Assembly (NCBI GenBank): GCA_903835555.1
Contig: CAILNN010000007.1
Coordinates: 16,342-80,341 of the forward strand
DNA from: an uncultured Verrucomicrobiota bacterium
GTDB lineage: Bacteria > Verrucomicrobiota > Verrucomicrobiia > Limisphaerales > UBA9464
DNA: 64,000 nt
Reading direction: 5' to 3'
The translations under genes were made by a program, and so were the position numbers. The number at the start of each line of letters is the position of its first letter. The first letter of the stretch is position 1. Under the pieces are notes generated by a model. That model did not search any database. It was not told the DNA's origin and saw only the letters and a program-made list of their open reading frames with translations. This document shows, one piece after another, positions 1-8,408 of this stretch.

Positions 1-2
1 GC

Positions 3-896
3 ATTGTTTACGGGGCTACCTATCGTTGGCGCGCAGACCATTCCGATGCCGATTTGGTGACAGCCGCCGAGACGGAGGATATTGTCGTCACGACCGCGAC
101 TGGGTCCCGAACTCAAACTTGGTACTACCCCAGCTCCACCGATTGCGTTGTCTGCCACAACCAAAATGCAGGCGGCATTTTGGGAGCATCGAAGACTCGG
201 CAGTTGAATCGCAACTGGACCTATCAGGGCAATGGAGTAACCGACAACCAACTCCGCACCTTGAACTATGTCGGCCTTTTCAACCCGGCGGTCGATGAAT
301 CGATTCTTCCGTCGCTCAATCGATTCGAAGATATCGGCCAGACGAATGTGGCGGTCAGTGAGCGCGTACGCTCGTTTCTCGATGTCAATTGCTCCTATTG
401 TCATCAACCGGGCGGTGTTCGAGCCTATTTTGACGCCCGGATTACTACACCGGCCGCCAATGCAGGCATCCGCAATGGACCGCTCATCGCTCCCGGCCCC
501 ATCCCGGGTTCCAAGGTGATTGTCCCCGGTGATGAGATTCGTTCCATGATTCTCCAACGCATCTTGAGTACCGATACGCTGCAAAAGATGCCACCGATCG
601 GACGCAACGTGGTCGATCAAGCGGCGGCGGACCTCCTTGTTCAGCTCATTGATCAGATGGCCGGGATTCCCCCCCGCCTTAGTGTGGCCCGTGGGAATGA
701 CGTTCTGCACCTAACCTGGCCTGCCACCCAAACACCATTTTACCTGTTGGTTGGAAACAGCCTTTCTGGTTCGACAAATTGGACGGCTGGACCAGCTGGT
801 GTTCTGGCAAATGGTCATTATACGACCGATGTTCCTGTGACCTCTGGTGCAAGCCCCGAATTCTTGCGGCTGACCAGTCAGCAACCCCTGCCCTAG
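3..896 (+). CDS. C-terminal part of a large secreted heme c protein (sugar dehydrogenase-associated di-heme type), 5'-truncated by the window edge
   Basis: Frame open from nt 3 (IVYGATYRWRADHSDA). Two CxxCH motifs (CVVCH, CSYCH) and a KMPPIGR Met-ligand motif. C-terminal surface domain LHLTWP...FLRL. Confidence 0.75.
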   Translation: MVYGATYRWRADHSDADLVTAAETEDIVVTTATGSRTQTWYYPSSTDCVVCHNQNAGGILGASKTRQLNRNWTYQGNGVTDNQLRTLNYVGLFNPAVDESILPSLNRFEDIGQTNVAVSERVRSFLDVNCSYCHQPGGVRAYFDARITTPAANAGIRNGPLIAPGPIPGSKVIVPGDEIRSMILQRILSTDTLQKMPPIGRNVVDQAAADLLVQLIDQMAGIPPRLSVARGNDVLHLTWPATQTPFYLLVGNSLSGSTNWTAGPAGVLANGHYTTDVPVTSGASPEFLRLTSQQPLP

Positions 897-1074
897 AGCG
901 TCGCTGCCTTTGAGATGCGAAACCCTGTGGTCTTGGCCACAGGGTTTTTCTGTTTTGGTCGATTGCGAGGGACGAGCGTTTGCTGGAGCGAAGTTTCTAC
1001 TCGCCAGATTATCGGGCTTCGTCAACCTCTTCCCACCGTCTTACTCACATGCCGTGAAAGAGACGGTTTTATCC

Positions 1075-1866
1075 ATGAAAGATTCCGCCATTCGTTCTTG
1101 GTTCTGCGCGACCGCCGTAGTTGCCGAACTTATTTTGACTCAACTTTCCGTAGATGCAGGAGTGGGAGTTGGAGCCAAACCGCTACAGGGAGCGGAAGTC
1201 CTGTTGGATGGAACCCGAGCGATCGTGGATCAAAAATGGACCTACTGGCAGGGTCCTCGATTTGGATCGTCACTCCCAATAAAATGGCCGATCGTTTCTG
1301 ATCCGGTGGACGGTGGAACGTGTTTAATGACGGATGATCCCGCAGCGGTGGGTGGCAAATACGGCGCGGCGGACATCGTGACGAAAAAGGCCTATCGCGA
1401 CTTTCGGTTGCATATTGAATTCCTGGTCATGAATCCGACCGGGAATAGCGGTGTGTATCTGCAAAATCGGTACGAAATTCAAATTTGCGACGGAGATAAG
1501 ACCAGTCATGGCATGGGAGCGGTCATCAATGAATCCCCTTCTCCGTATTCCACCTATAAAGGTATCGGGAAATGGAACAGCTATGACATCCAGTTTCGCG
1601 CCGCCCGTTTTGAGAATGGCAAAAAGACGGAGCATGCCTTGGTGAGCATGTACTTTAACGGCGTCAAGGTTCACACGAACCAACCGATTACCCAGGTGTG
1701 GGGCGGACCCAATTCTGGAATTGACGGCGGGAATGATGGCGGAAAAGGAATCACCGACATCCCCGGAGGATTAAAGCTCCAATGCGAGGGCCATGATGTC
1801 CGATTCCGCAATGGATGGATTCAGGAAATCAACCTGACCAAGCCAGACACTGATTTTCAGGAATAG
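1075..1866 (+). CDS. DUF1080 / 3-keto-disaccharide hydrolase family protein, exported
   Basis: Motifs DFRLHIEF, GNSGVYLQNRYEIQI, GKWNSYDIQF, LQCEGHDVRFRN. Hydrophobic N-terminus. Start moved to ATG 1075. Confidence 0.85.
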   Translation: MKDSAIRSWFCATAVVAELILTQLSVDAGVGVGAKPLQGAEVLLDGTRAIVDQKWTYWQGPRFGSSLPIKWPIVSDPVDGGTCLMTDDPAAVGGKYGAADIVTKKAYRDFRLHIEFLVMNPTGNSGVYLQNRYEIQICDGDKTSHGMGAVINESPSPYSTYKGIGKWNSYDIQFRAARFENGKKTEHALVSMYFNGVKVHTNQPITQVWGGPNSGIDGGNDGGKGITDIPGGLKLQCEGHDVRFRNGWIQEINLTKPDTDFQE

Positions 1867-1913
1867 TTTTTTCCAGATCGGGTGAGACCCAGTTCTTTTT
1901 CTCCGGGCTAAGA

Positions 1914-3554
1914 ATGCAATTGCGCTGCCTGTTCTCCACAAGGCCAATTCTTCTCTGGGTCATCGGGTGCCTTATGACGACTGGCTGCCATCGGCCGGTC
2001 GTCGTTCGTACGGTGACCACCCGGACCGCACCTGCAGCCGAGGCACTTGAACGGGTTCAAAAAGCATGGGAAGCGATTTGCGAACCGGGAGTCACGAATC
2101 TCTCGGTACTCATGCAAGGGTATAATAATGGGGTTCTTGACCTCCTCCGGACCTGGCCGCGGGGAGCGCGGGGACAGTTCCTAGCGCGCGAATTCGCAGA
2201 TGGCGACCATCGCTTTTCCGTCGACGTCCAATGGGCGGTTCCCGATTTTTCACCCAACTATTTTGACCAATTCTTCCTGGCGGAGGCACTGCGGTACCAA
2301 GGACTGCGACACTACGATCCTACGGGCTGGGGACAACCACTAATCGCATTGGCCACCAACCGTGGAACACTACCGGAAGAAACCTATTTTCCGCCGGAAG
2401 GCATCGTTCGATCATTAACGGCAACGATGGAGTTCCCCAAGGTCGAGGGGCGGGCAAAAACCGCCCGACTGGTCATTTACGAACCTGACCGACAGCCGGA
2501 GATAACCGTTGGGGGGCGTCACATGACGTTGGCGGCGGATTTTTCGGCGGCGTATGCATACCTCCTGTCACGCACACAATTGAAAGGATATGGCCTGCGC
2601 GCCTTTCTTAATCGGAAGACGTTCGGTCGCGAAGCTGGAATCTTCCTGATGGAGCCCTATCGCCCGGACAAAATCCCCGTGCTCATGGTTCACGGGTTGG
2701 CATCGTCACCTTTGGCATGGGCGGAATTGACGGACGCACTTTGGAGTAATCCGGTCCTGCGGAGTCACTATCAGGTGTGGCATTATTTTTATCCAACGAC
2801 ATTTCCGTACCTCCACTCGGCGGCGGAACTCCACGATAATCTGGAGGAGATTCGGGAATACTTCGACCCGCAGCATGAATCCCCCGCGCTGACCAATATG
2901 GTGATTGTTGGGCACAGCATGGGGGGGCTTTTGGCGCGAAGGCTGATCACAGACAGCGGCGACGCCGTTTGGACAAACGCGTTTTCTCGCCCACTCGAAC
3001 AACTAAACTGTTCGGAAGTGGAGCGGTCGACCCTCCGGCGCTATTTTTATTTTCATGCGACACCGGGTATTGGGCGGGTTATTTTTTTGGCCACGCCCCA
3101 TCGCGGAAGCGATCTCGCAGCGGGATGGGAGGGGAGGATTGGTCGCGCTCTGGCGGACCAGAATCCGGAATTCGCAGAGTTTTTCCGTTCCATCGCCCTC
3201 CGAAATCCATACGCAATGACGATGCGAATGCGAACTTGGTCGGCGAAAAAACGCCTCAGCTCGGTGCAAGTCCTCTCATCGGAAAATCCGGTGCTGCGGG
3301 CAATGGCTGAATTGCCGTTTTCTCCCGGAGTAAAGGCGCATTCCATCTTGGGCGATCGCGGCAGGAAATTGGGACCAGAGAGTTGCGACGGCGTGGTCAC
3401 CTACCGTAGCGGACACTTGGATCAAGCTGATTCCGAGCGCATTGTGCCGTCTGGGCACGACGTGAACCGGCATCCGGAAGCGATTGCGGAAACGCTTCGT
3501 ATTTTGCATCAACATTGGCGGGAGTACTCCGAACGGATTGGGACGGGGGGATAA
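1914..3554 (+). CDS. alpha/beta hydrolase (lipase/esterase-like) lipoprotein
   Basis: VHGLASSP oxyanion loop, GHSMGG nucleophile, ATPHRGS, DGVV, and His in SGHDV. Lipobox-like TTGC. Confidence 0.85.
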   Translation: MQLRCLFSTRPILLWVIGCLMTTGCHRPVVVRTVTTRTAPAAEALERVQKAWEAICEPGVTNLSVLMQGYNNGVLDLLRTWPRGARGQFLAREFADGDHRFSVDVQWAVPDFSPNYFDQFFLAEALRYQGLRHYDPTGWGQPLIALATNRGTLPEETYFPPEGIVRSLTATMEFPKVEGRAKTARLVIYEPDRQPEITVGGRHMTLAADFSAAYAYLLSRTQLKGYGLRAFLNRKTFGREAGIFLMEPYRPDKIPVLMVHGLASSPLAWAELTDALWSNPVLRSHYQVWHYFYPTTFPYLHSAAELHDNLEEIREYFDPQHESPALTNMVIVGHSMGGLLARRLITDSGDAVWTNAFSRPLEQLNCSEVERSTLRRYFYFHATPGIGRVIFLATPHRGSDLAAGWEGRIGRALADQNPEFAEFFRSIALRNPYAMTMRMRTWSAKKRLSSVQVLSSENPVLRAMAELPFSPGVKAHSILGDRGRKLGPESCDGVVTYRSGHLDQADSERIVPSGHDVNRHPEAIAETLRILHQHWREYSERIGTGG

Positions 3555-3606
3555 CGCCCTTAGATTGCCATTGCCTGGGCTGGTCCGATGTCATTCCATC
3601 ACTTGG

Positions 3607-4083
3607 ATGGTTTCCTTCCGATTCTTCTTGAGTCTCTTGATGATTGGATTAGCGGTGCTTTGCCCGGGATGTCGTCCCACACCGCCCGTCGCTGAGGGCG
3701 TGATTACCCCCCATTTGCATCATTCGCCGCATGGTGGGACCGCAGTTGAGCTGGGAAAAGAAGAGTACCACTTGGAGTTGGTCCATGAAACGGGAAGCCC
3801 ACAAATGACTGCCTACATCTTGGACGGGGAGTTGGAAAAGTTCATTCGCTTGCCGTTGGCGGAGTTTATCATCCGCGTCAAAGGCCAAAATAGCGAAATG
3901 CTTCGATTTCAAGCATCTGGAAATCCGGCGACGGGGGAGAAAGTTGGGGATACCTCCGAATACATCGCCTCCAGCTCTTGGCTGACAAACCATGCCGAAT
4001 TTGACGGCGTCTTGGTTGAAATCAAGATTGGTACGAAGACATACCAGGAAGTAGCCTTTAGCTATCCAAAAGGAAACGAATGA
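3607..4083 (+). CDS. putative metal-binding lipoprotein
   Basis: Signal peptide with CPGC. His-rich HLHHSPHGG..ELG..YHLELVH. Stop overlaps the next start (ATGA). Confidence 0.6.
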   Translation: MVSFRFFLSLLMIGLAVLCPGCRPTPPVAEGVITPHLHHSPHGGTAVELGKEEYHLELVHETGSPQMTAYILDGELEKFIRLPLAEFIIRVKGQNSEMLRFQASGNPATGEKVGDTSEYIASSSWLTNHAEFDGVLVEIKIGTKTYQEVAFSYPKGNE

Positions 4084-4715
4084 ATCGGCACCATCTGTCA
4101 GCGGCTTTAATCGCTATCTCTTTATCTTTGGCGCTTGGCACAACTCGCGGCGACGAAGGGGTCAAAGCACCGCGCGGCGAACCGATTAAGCCATTGGCTC
4201 CGCGTGGTGAGCCTATTCAGGCGCTTCAGCCAGCTAGCTCGACTTCGACACCAGGAAAGCCTGTGGCCGCAGCGAATGCCGATGCAACTTCTGTCGGCGG
4301 GGAGTTTGCCGTCGTTGGATTCGACAAGCTCAGTTCTTTCAAGTATGAGGTCCCGGATGACACCGTGAAGGCGGCGCCGAGTGCTGATCCAGACCAGCAG
4401 ATTCCGGCTTTAGTCAAAGGACTCAATAACAAGCGAGTCTCCCTGAAGGGCTTCATGCTCCCACTGAAGGTTGAAGCTGGCATGGTGACGGAGATGTTGA
4501 TCTTACGGGACCAGTCGGCTTGTTGTTTTGGTGCCACACCAAAGATCAACGAATGGGTCTCGGTGAAAATGGTCGGGGGCGGGGTAAAGCCAATCATGGA
4601 TCAAGCTGTGACGCTTTACGGAACCCTGAAGGTTGGGGCCATGCGCGAGAATGGTTATATTGTGGGCATCTACCAACTTGATGGAGAGAAGATGCAGGGA
4701 CCTCCAGGTACCTAA
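4080..4715 (+). CDS. DUF3299 family exported protein
   Basis: LNNKRVSLKGFMLPL, ACCFGATPKINEWV, IYQLDGE. Signal peptide. Confidence 0.8.
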   Translation: MNRHHLSAALIAISLSLALGTTRGDEGVKAPRGEPIKPLAPRGEPIQALQPASSTSTPGKPVAAANADATSVGGEFAVVGFDKLSSFKYEVPDDTVKAAPSADPDQQIPALVKGLNNKRVSLKGFMLPLKVEAGMVTEMLILRDQSACCFGATPKINEWVSVKMVGGGVKPIMDQAVTLYGTLKVGAMRENGYIVGIYQLDGEKMQGPPGT

Positions 4716-4992
4716 GGGTCCCGCGGGCGGCCAGTTACCTTCGGTTTTTGCGAAATTGGGGTGACTTAGACTGCCAAGCTGGTCTGGGGGGATGCGGTAC
4801 GGTAGCGTCTCCCCTTGGTGCTCTGGGGCGGGCTATGAATAGCTTGCGGGTGATGCCCGGTTCGGACCGCGCCCGGCTCAACAGAATCTCGGCCGATGTT
4901 GCTTTGCTTCAATCGGTTACGTTTGATATAATGCCACTTGCGGAGAGGCATTTTGAAGTGCCGTACTAATTCCTCGAAATTTTTTCCCAGCT

Positions 4993-6075
4993 ATGCCGTC
5001 ACCGGTTTCTCTGGATATCCCTGCTGCAATGCAGGCTGCGGTCTATCGCGGCGAAGGCCGATTGTGCTTGGAAGAGGTAGAGGTTCCGCAGATTGAGTCG
5101 GGAGAAATCCTCGTCCGAGTGGCTGCCTGCGGTGTTTGCCCAACGGACATCAAAAAAATCCACTACAATACAGTGGCTCCGCCGCGAATTTTCGGGCATG
5201 AGACTTCCGGAACGATTGTCCAGGTGGGAGCGTTGGTTCGTGGATTTGAGGTCGGCGACCGTGTGGGGTTGCACCACCACGTGCCGTGCATGGACTGCCA
5301 TTTTTGTAAGCATCACGCTTTTGCTCAATGCGCTACATACCGAAGAACCGGGATAACCGCCGGATTTGAACCCTCTGGCGGAGGATTTGCCGAATTTGTC
5401 CGGGTAATGCCTTTCTGCCTGCCGGGAGTGGTGCGAATTCCACGGAAGAACAGTTTCTTGGAGGGTGCCCTTCTGGAGCCGGTAAACACGGTGCTCAAGG
5501 GCATTCGGCAATTGGGGTTGCTGCCAGGGGATACGGTGTTGGTCTGTGGTCAGGGTCCGATCGGTCTGCTTTTCACCAGAATATTATCGATTCACGGCAT
5601 GCGCGTCATCGCGACCGATCTTCTCCCCAACCGCTTGGTTCTGGCCAAACAATGGGGTGCCTGGCAGTCGATAGAAGCCAATGAGCACCAGGTTGCTGAA
5701 TCAGTGGGACGATGGACCGAAGGGCGTGGTGCCGATGCGGCGGTGGTAGCGGTCCCAAATGACGGCGCCGTATGGCAAGCGCAGTCCGCCATTCGCGGCG
5801 GCGGACGCGTCCTACTGTTCGCCCATACGGTTCGCGACCGACAAACGTCCATCGACTTGGCCAAAATCTGTGTGGATGAAAAGGCGTTGGTGGGTAGCTA
5901 TTCATCGGATTTTACCCTCCAAAAGGCCGTCGCGCGCCTAGTGTTTTCCCGACAATTGGATGTTCGACCGTTGATTACCCACACCTTTCATTTGGCGCAA
6001 ACATCCGAGGCGGTCGGATTGGCGGCCAAACCGACTGCAGAATCGCTAAAGATTGTCGTGACACCTGGAGTATAG
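4993..6075 (+). CDS. zinc-dependent alcohol/polyol dehydrogenase (MDR family)
   Basis: CGVCPTD, GHE catalytic Zn motif, structural CxxCxxC...C (CMDCHFC...C), GQGPIG NAD-binding motif. Confidence 0.92.
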   Translation: MPSPVSLDIPAAMQAAVYRGEGRLCLEEVEVPQIESGEILVRVAACGVCPTDIKKIHYNTVAPPRIFGHETSGTIVQVGALVRGFEVGDRVGLHHHVPCMDCHFCKHHAFAQCATYRRTGITAGFEPSGGGFAEFVRVMPFCLPGVVRIPRKNSFLEGALLEPVNTVLKGIRQLGLLPGDTVLVCGQGPIGLLFTRILSIHGMRVIATDLLPNRLVLAKQWGAWQSIEANEHQVAESVGRWTEGRGADAAVVAVPNDGAVWQAQSAIRGGGRVLLFAHTVRDRQTSIDLAKICVDEKALVGSYSSDFTLQKAVARLVFSRQLDVRPLITHTFHLAQTSEAVGLAAKPTAESLKIVVTPGV

Positions 6076-6080
6076 CCTCA

Positions 6081-6175
6081 GTAGAGCGCAGCGTTGGGCT
6101 CCGGCTTTGCGGATTTGGGACTGAACGGACTGCCACGCCGGTCTGGATCAAGCAGTCGAGACGTCTGCGCTCCAA
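6081..6175. repeat. REP-like palindromic element between convergent genes; possible terminator
   Basis: GAGCGCAG near 6084 pairs with CTGCGCTC near 6165. Internal hairpin GCAGTCGAGACGTCTGC. Confidence 0.45.
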
Positions 6176-6184
6176 GGGAAGGTA

Positions 6185-7042
6185 TCAGGTGCCGAAGAGT
6201 CGGTTAAAGTTTTCTTCCACCTGGACCTGAAGTTCGCCGAGGTCAGTTTCGAGCCATTTGGCCAAGTATTCGTAAATCGCGGGGAGGTTGGCGGGATGAT
6301 TCAGCGCCCGCGTGGGTTCGAGCTCCGAGAATAAAGGGAACTGGGTAAGCTCTTCGGGCGGAAGTTGGTCCGGGGCATCGGTTTCGACGAGAAGGCGATC
6401 GCGGGGAATTTTTTGGAAGACCTCGCGCTGGCGACGTTTACGATCCAGCGCAAAGTAGCCCGGGAAACTAAAATAGGCTCCAAGCTTGGCGAGTTCCGGC
6501 ACCAAGTCCGCAGAGCCGCCGTAGCTGTGAAGTAAGAACCCACGAGGGGCTCGTTCCTCGGTGCGCAGAATTTCGAGCAGGCGTCCCCAGGCATTCAGGC
6601 AGTGAACCGTGATCGGACGTCGAAATCGAACCGCCAGCCGCCATTGGGCAACAAAAGCCTCGATCTGTTGAGTCAAGGTGGCTGGTTCACTCTTTAGAAA
6701 ATCTGGTTGGTATCGGGCTCGGACAGAAGGCGGTTGGGCCAGTATCCATCGGTCGAGGCCAATTTCGCCCACGGCGGAATGTGGATACTTGGTCAAGAAC
6801 TGCTCTAGCAAGTCCAACGCGTTCGAACGCATTTCATGGAGATACCACGGATGCAATCCAAAACTAGGAATAACCAACCTGCTAAGTTGGGAGCACTCGA
6901 GGACCTGTGGCCAATCGTCGGCACACGCACCGTTGACAACCATTCTAGTAACGCCTACAGACTCAGCAGTGGCCAACAATCTGGATTGTCGGTTTGAGAA
7001 TCGGGCGTCCTGCAAATGATTATGGGCGTCGCAGAAGCTCAT
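6185..7042 (-). CDS. tatD: TatD family metal-dependent hydrolase/DNase
   Basis: DAHNH, GLHPW, GEIGLD, TVHC, LLHSYGG, VETDAP. Start ATG 7042 overlaps the SufE stop. Confidence 0.9.
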   Translation of the reverse strand: MSFCDAHNHLQDARFSNRQSRLLATAESVGVTRMVVNGACADDWPQVLECSQLSRLVIPSFGLHPWYLHEMRSNALDLLEQFLTKYPHSAVGEIGLDRWILAQPPSVRARYQPDFLKSEPATLTQQIEAFVAQWRLAVRFRRPITVHCLNAWGRLLEILRTEERAPRGFLLHSYGGSADLVPELAKLGAYFSFPGYFALDRKRRQREVFQKIPRDRLLVETDAPDQLPPEELTQFPLFSELEPTRALNHPANLPAIYEYLAKWLETDLGELQVQVEENFNRLFGT

Positions 7043-7470
7043 CCGTGGTCCCGCGATAAACCCGAATTCGAGGCAAAATCCCGAATTTTCGAAGCTAGAC
7101 GTAGGATGGTGGCCCGGCGGTTGTCCGCCAATTGGCGAAGGACACCCCACTTTTCCAGCATATCGGCTTGGAACTGTTGTTGTTCCTGAAGGGACAGGGA
7201 GGTGGCCTGCTCGCACAAGAATCCACCGAGGGCTTTGAGCGTGACGGCGTCGGAATCGAGGCCAAACCAGCAGGCATGCGAACGAATTTCCCCAATCCAC
7301 CATGTCCGGACTTGGCAACCTTCCACGCGGTTGACGTCCAACCGATAGGCGTCGGGAAGAGGCATCCTCTTTCGCGCCCGTTCAACGAGGTAAATAAACC
7401 GTTGCTGCGGGTCTCGCAATTGATCGAGCAATTCCATGGCCTCAGCTAGGGATAGGTCATTGATTGTCAT
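7039..7470 (-). CDS. sufE: SufE/CsdE family sulfur-acceptor protein
   Basis: RFIYLVERAR, NRVEGCQVRTW with the conserved Cys, DSDAVTLKAL. Start uncertain (7470 chosen). Confidence 0.8.
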   Translation of the reverse strand: MTINDLSLAEAMELLDQLRDPQQRFIYLVERARKRMPLPDAYRLDVNRVEGCQVRTWWIGEIRSHACWFGLDSDAVTLKALGGFLCEQATSLSLQEQQQFQADMLEKWGVLRQLADNRRATILRLASKIRDFASNSGLSRDHG

Positions 7471-7760
7471 CACCAGTGAATCTAGGCGATCGTTGGTCCC
7501 GAGGCTAATCCGCACGTTTTCTGACGCCAAGCCCAAGAAAAAGAGTGATTCGAATGGGTCGGAAAATTGGTTATACCGATCCATCATTGCCGAAATAAGT
7601 TCAAGGTTGAGTAAATTGCGGTTCGGGAAATTGGAGTTAAACTGGTAAGTAAGGGTCTCGAACGTAACTTGGCCTTGAAAATTCGATCCGAATGACCTTA
7701 GGTGTAGAAATGAGATGGAACGGGTGAAAACCCGCCCTAGGCATTTTCAGTATTGCGCAC

Positions 7761-8324
7761 ATGACCGCCAGAAATCAGCAGCGCCCGACTTTTTTAAGTC
7801 AAAAACTCTCTGCGATTATTATTGGGATCGTCCTTTTGGGCATCTTCCAGACAACCGCCGAGACGATTGGCTCCATACCTCCACCACTGGAAACTCCGAA
7901 GGGCCCGGTCCTTTTGACGGTTACCGGCAAGATTACCCAAAAGAACCGAGGAGACTCGGCAGTCTTTGACTTGGAAATGCTGGATCGGCTGGAACTTGGA
8001 GTCATCAAGACGGCAAACCCGTGGATTGCCGGCACGAATGAGTATTCGGGACCGAAATTCTCGGCACTGCTGAGAGCGGTCGGTGCCTCTGGAACGAATC
8101 CTGTGGTTGTTACAGCATTGAACGATTATGTCGGGAAAGTGCCGGTCGATGACATTGTTAATCTTCACTTGATTTTGGCGACGCGTAAGAATGGGAAGCC
8201 GTTAAAGATTCGGGAGAAGGGACCGCTTTTCGTCGTCTATCCGTTTTCTGAACGGCAGGACATCTATGACGAGGTGCATTTTTGCCGTTCAGTGTGGCAG
8301 ATTAAATCGATCGAAATTCGCTGA
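7761..8324 (+). CDS. exported molybdopterin-oxidoreductase-fold-like protein
   Basis: PVLLTVTGKI, FDLEMLDRL, TANPW, ALNDY, IREKGPLFVVYPF, SVWQIKSIEI. N-terminal hydrophobic segment. Confidence 0.75.
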   Translation: MTARNQQRPTFLSQKLSAIIIGIVLLGIFQTTAETIGSIPPPLETPKGPVLLTVTGKITQKNRGDSAVFDLEMLDRLELGVIKTANPWIAGTNEYSGPKFSALLRAVGASGTNPVVVTALNDYVGKVPVDDIVNLHLILATRKNGKPLKIREKGPLFVVYPFSERQDIYDEVHFCRSVWQIKSIEIR

Positions 8325-8408
8325 GATGGCATTTGAAACCACCACGAGCGTAGGTCCAGACTACGTTACGACCGCGCTCTTATGTCGGCATCTAAAGTAG
8401 CATAGAAG

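Noticed and set aside
4716..4992. Intergenic region with a GC-rich hairpin (about 4785-4814) as a possible ncRNA or riboswitch
   Set aside because: No recognisable RNA family motif; an Rfam scan would be needed.
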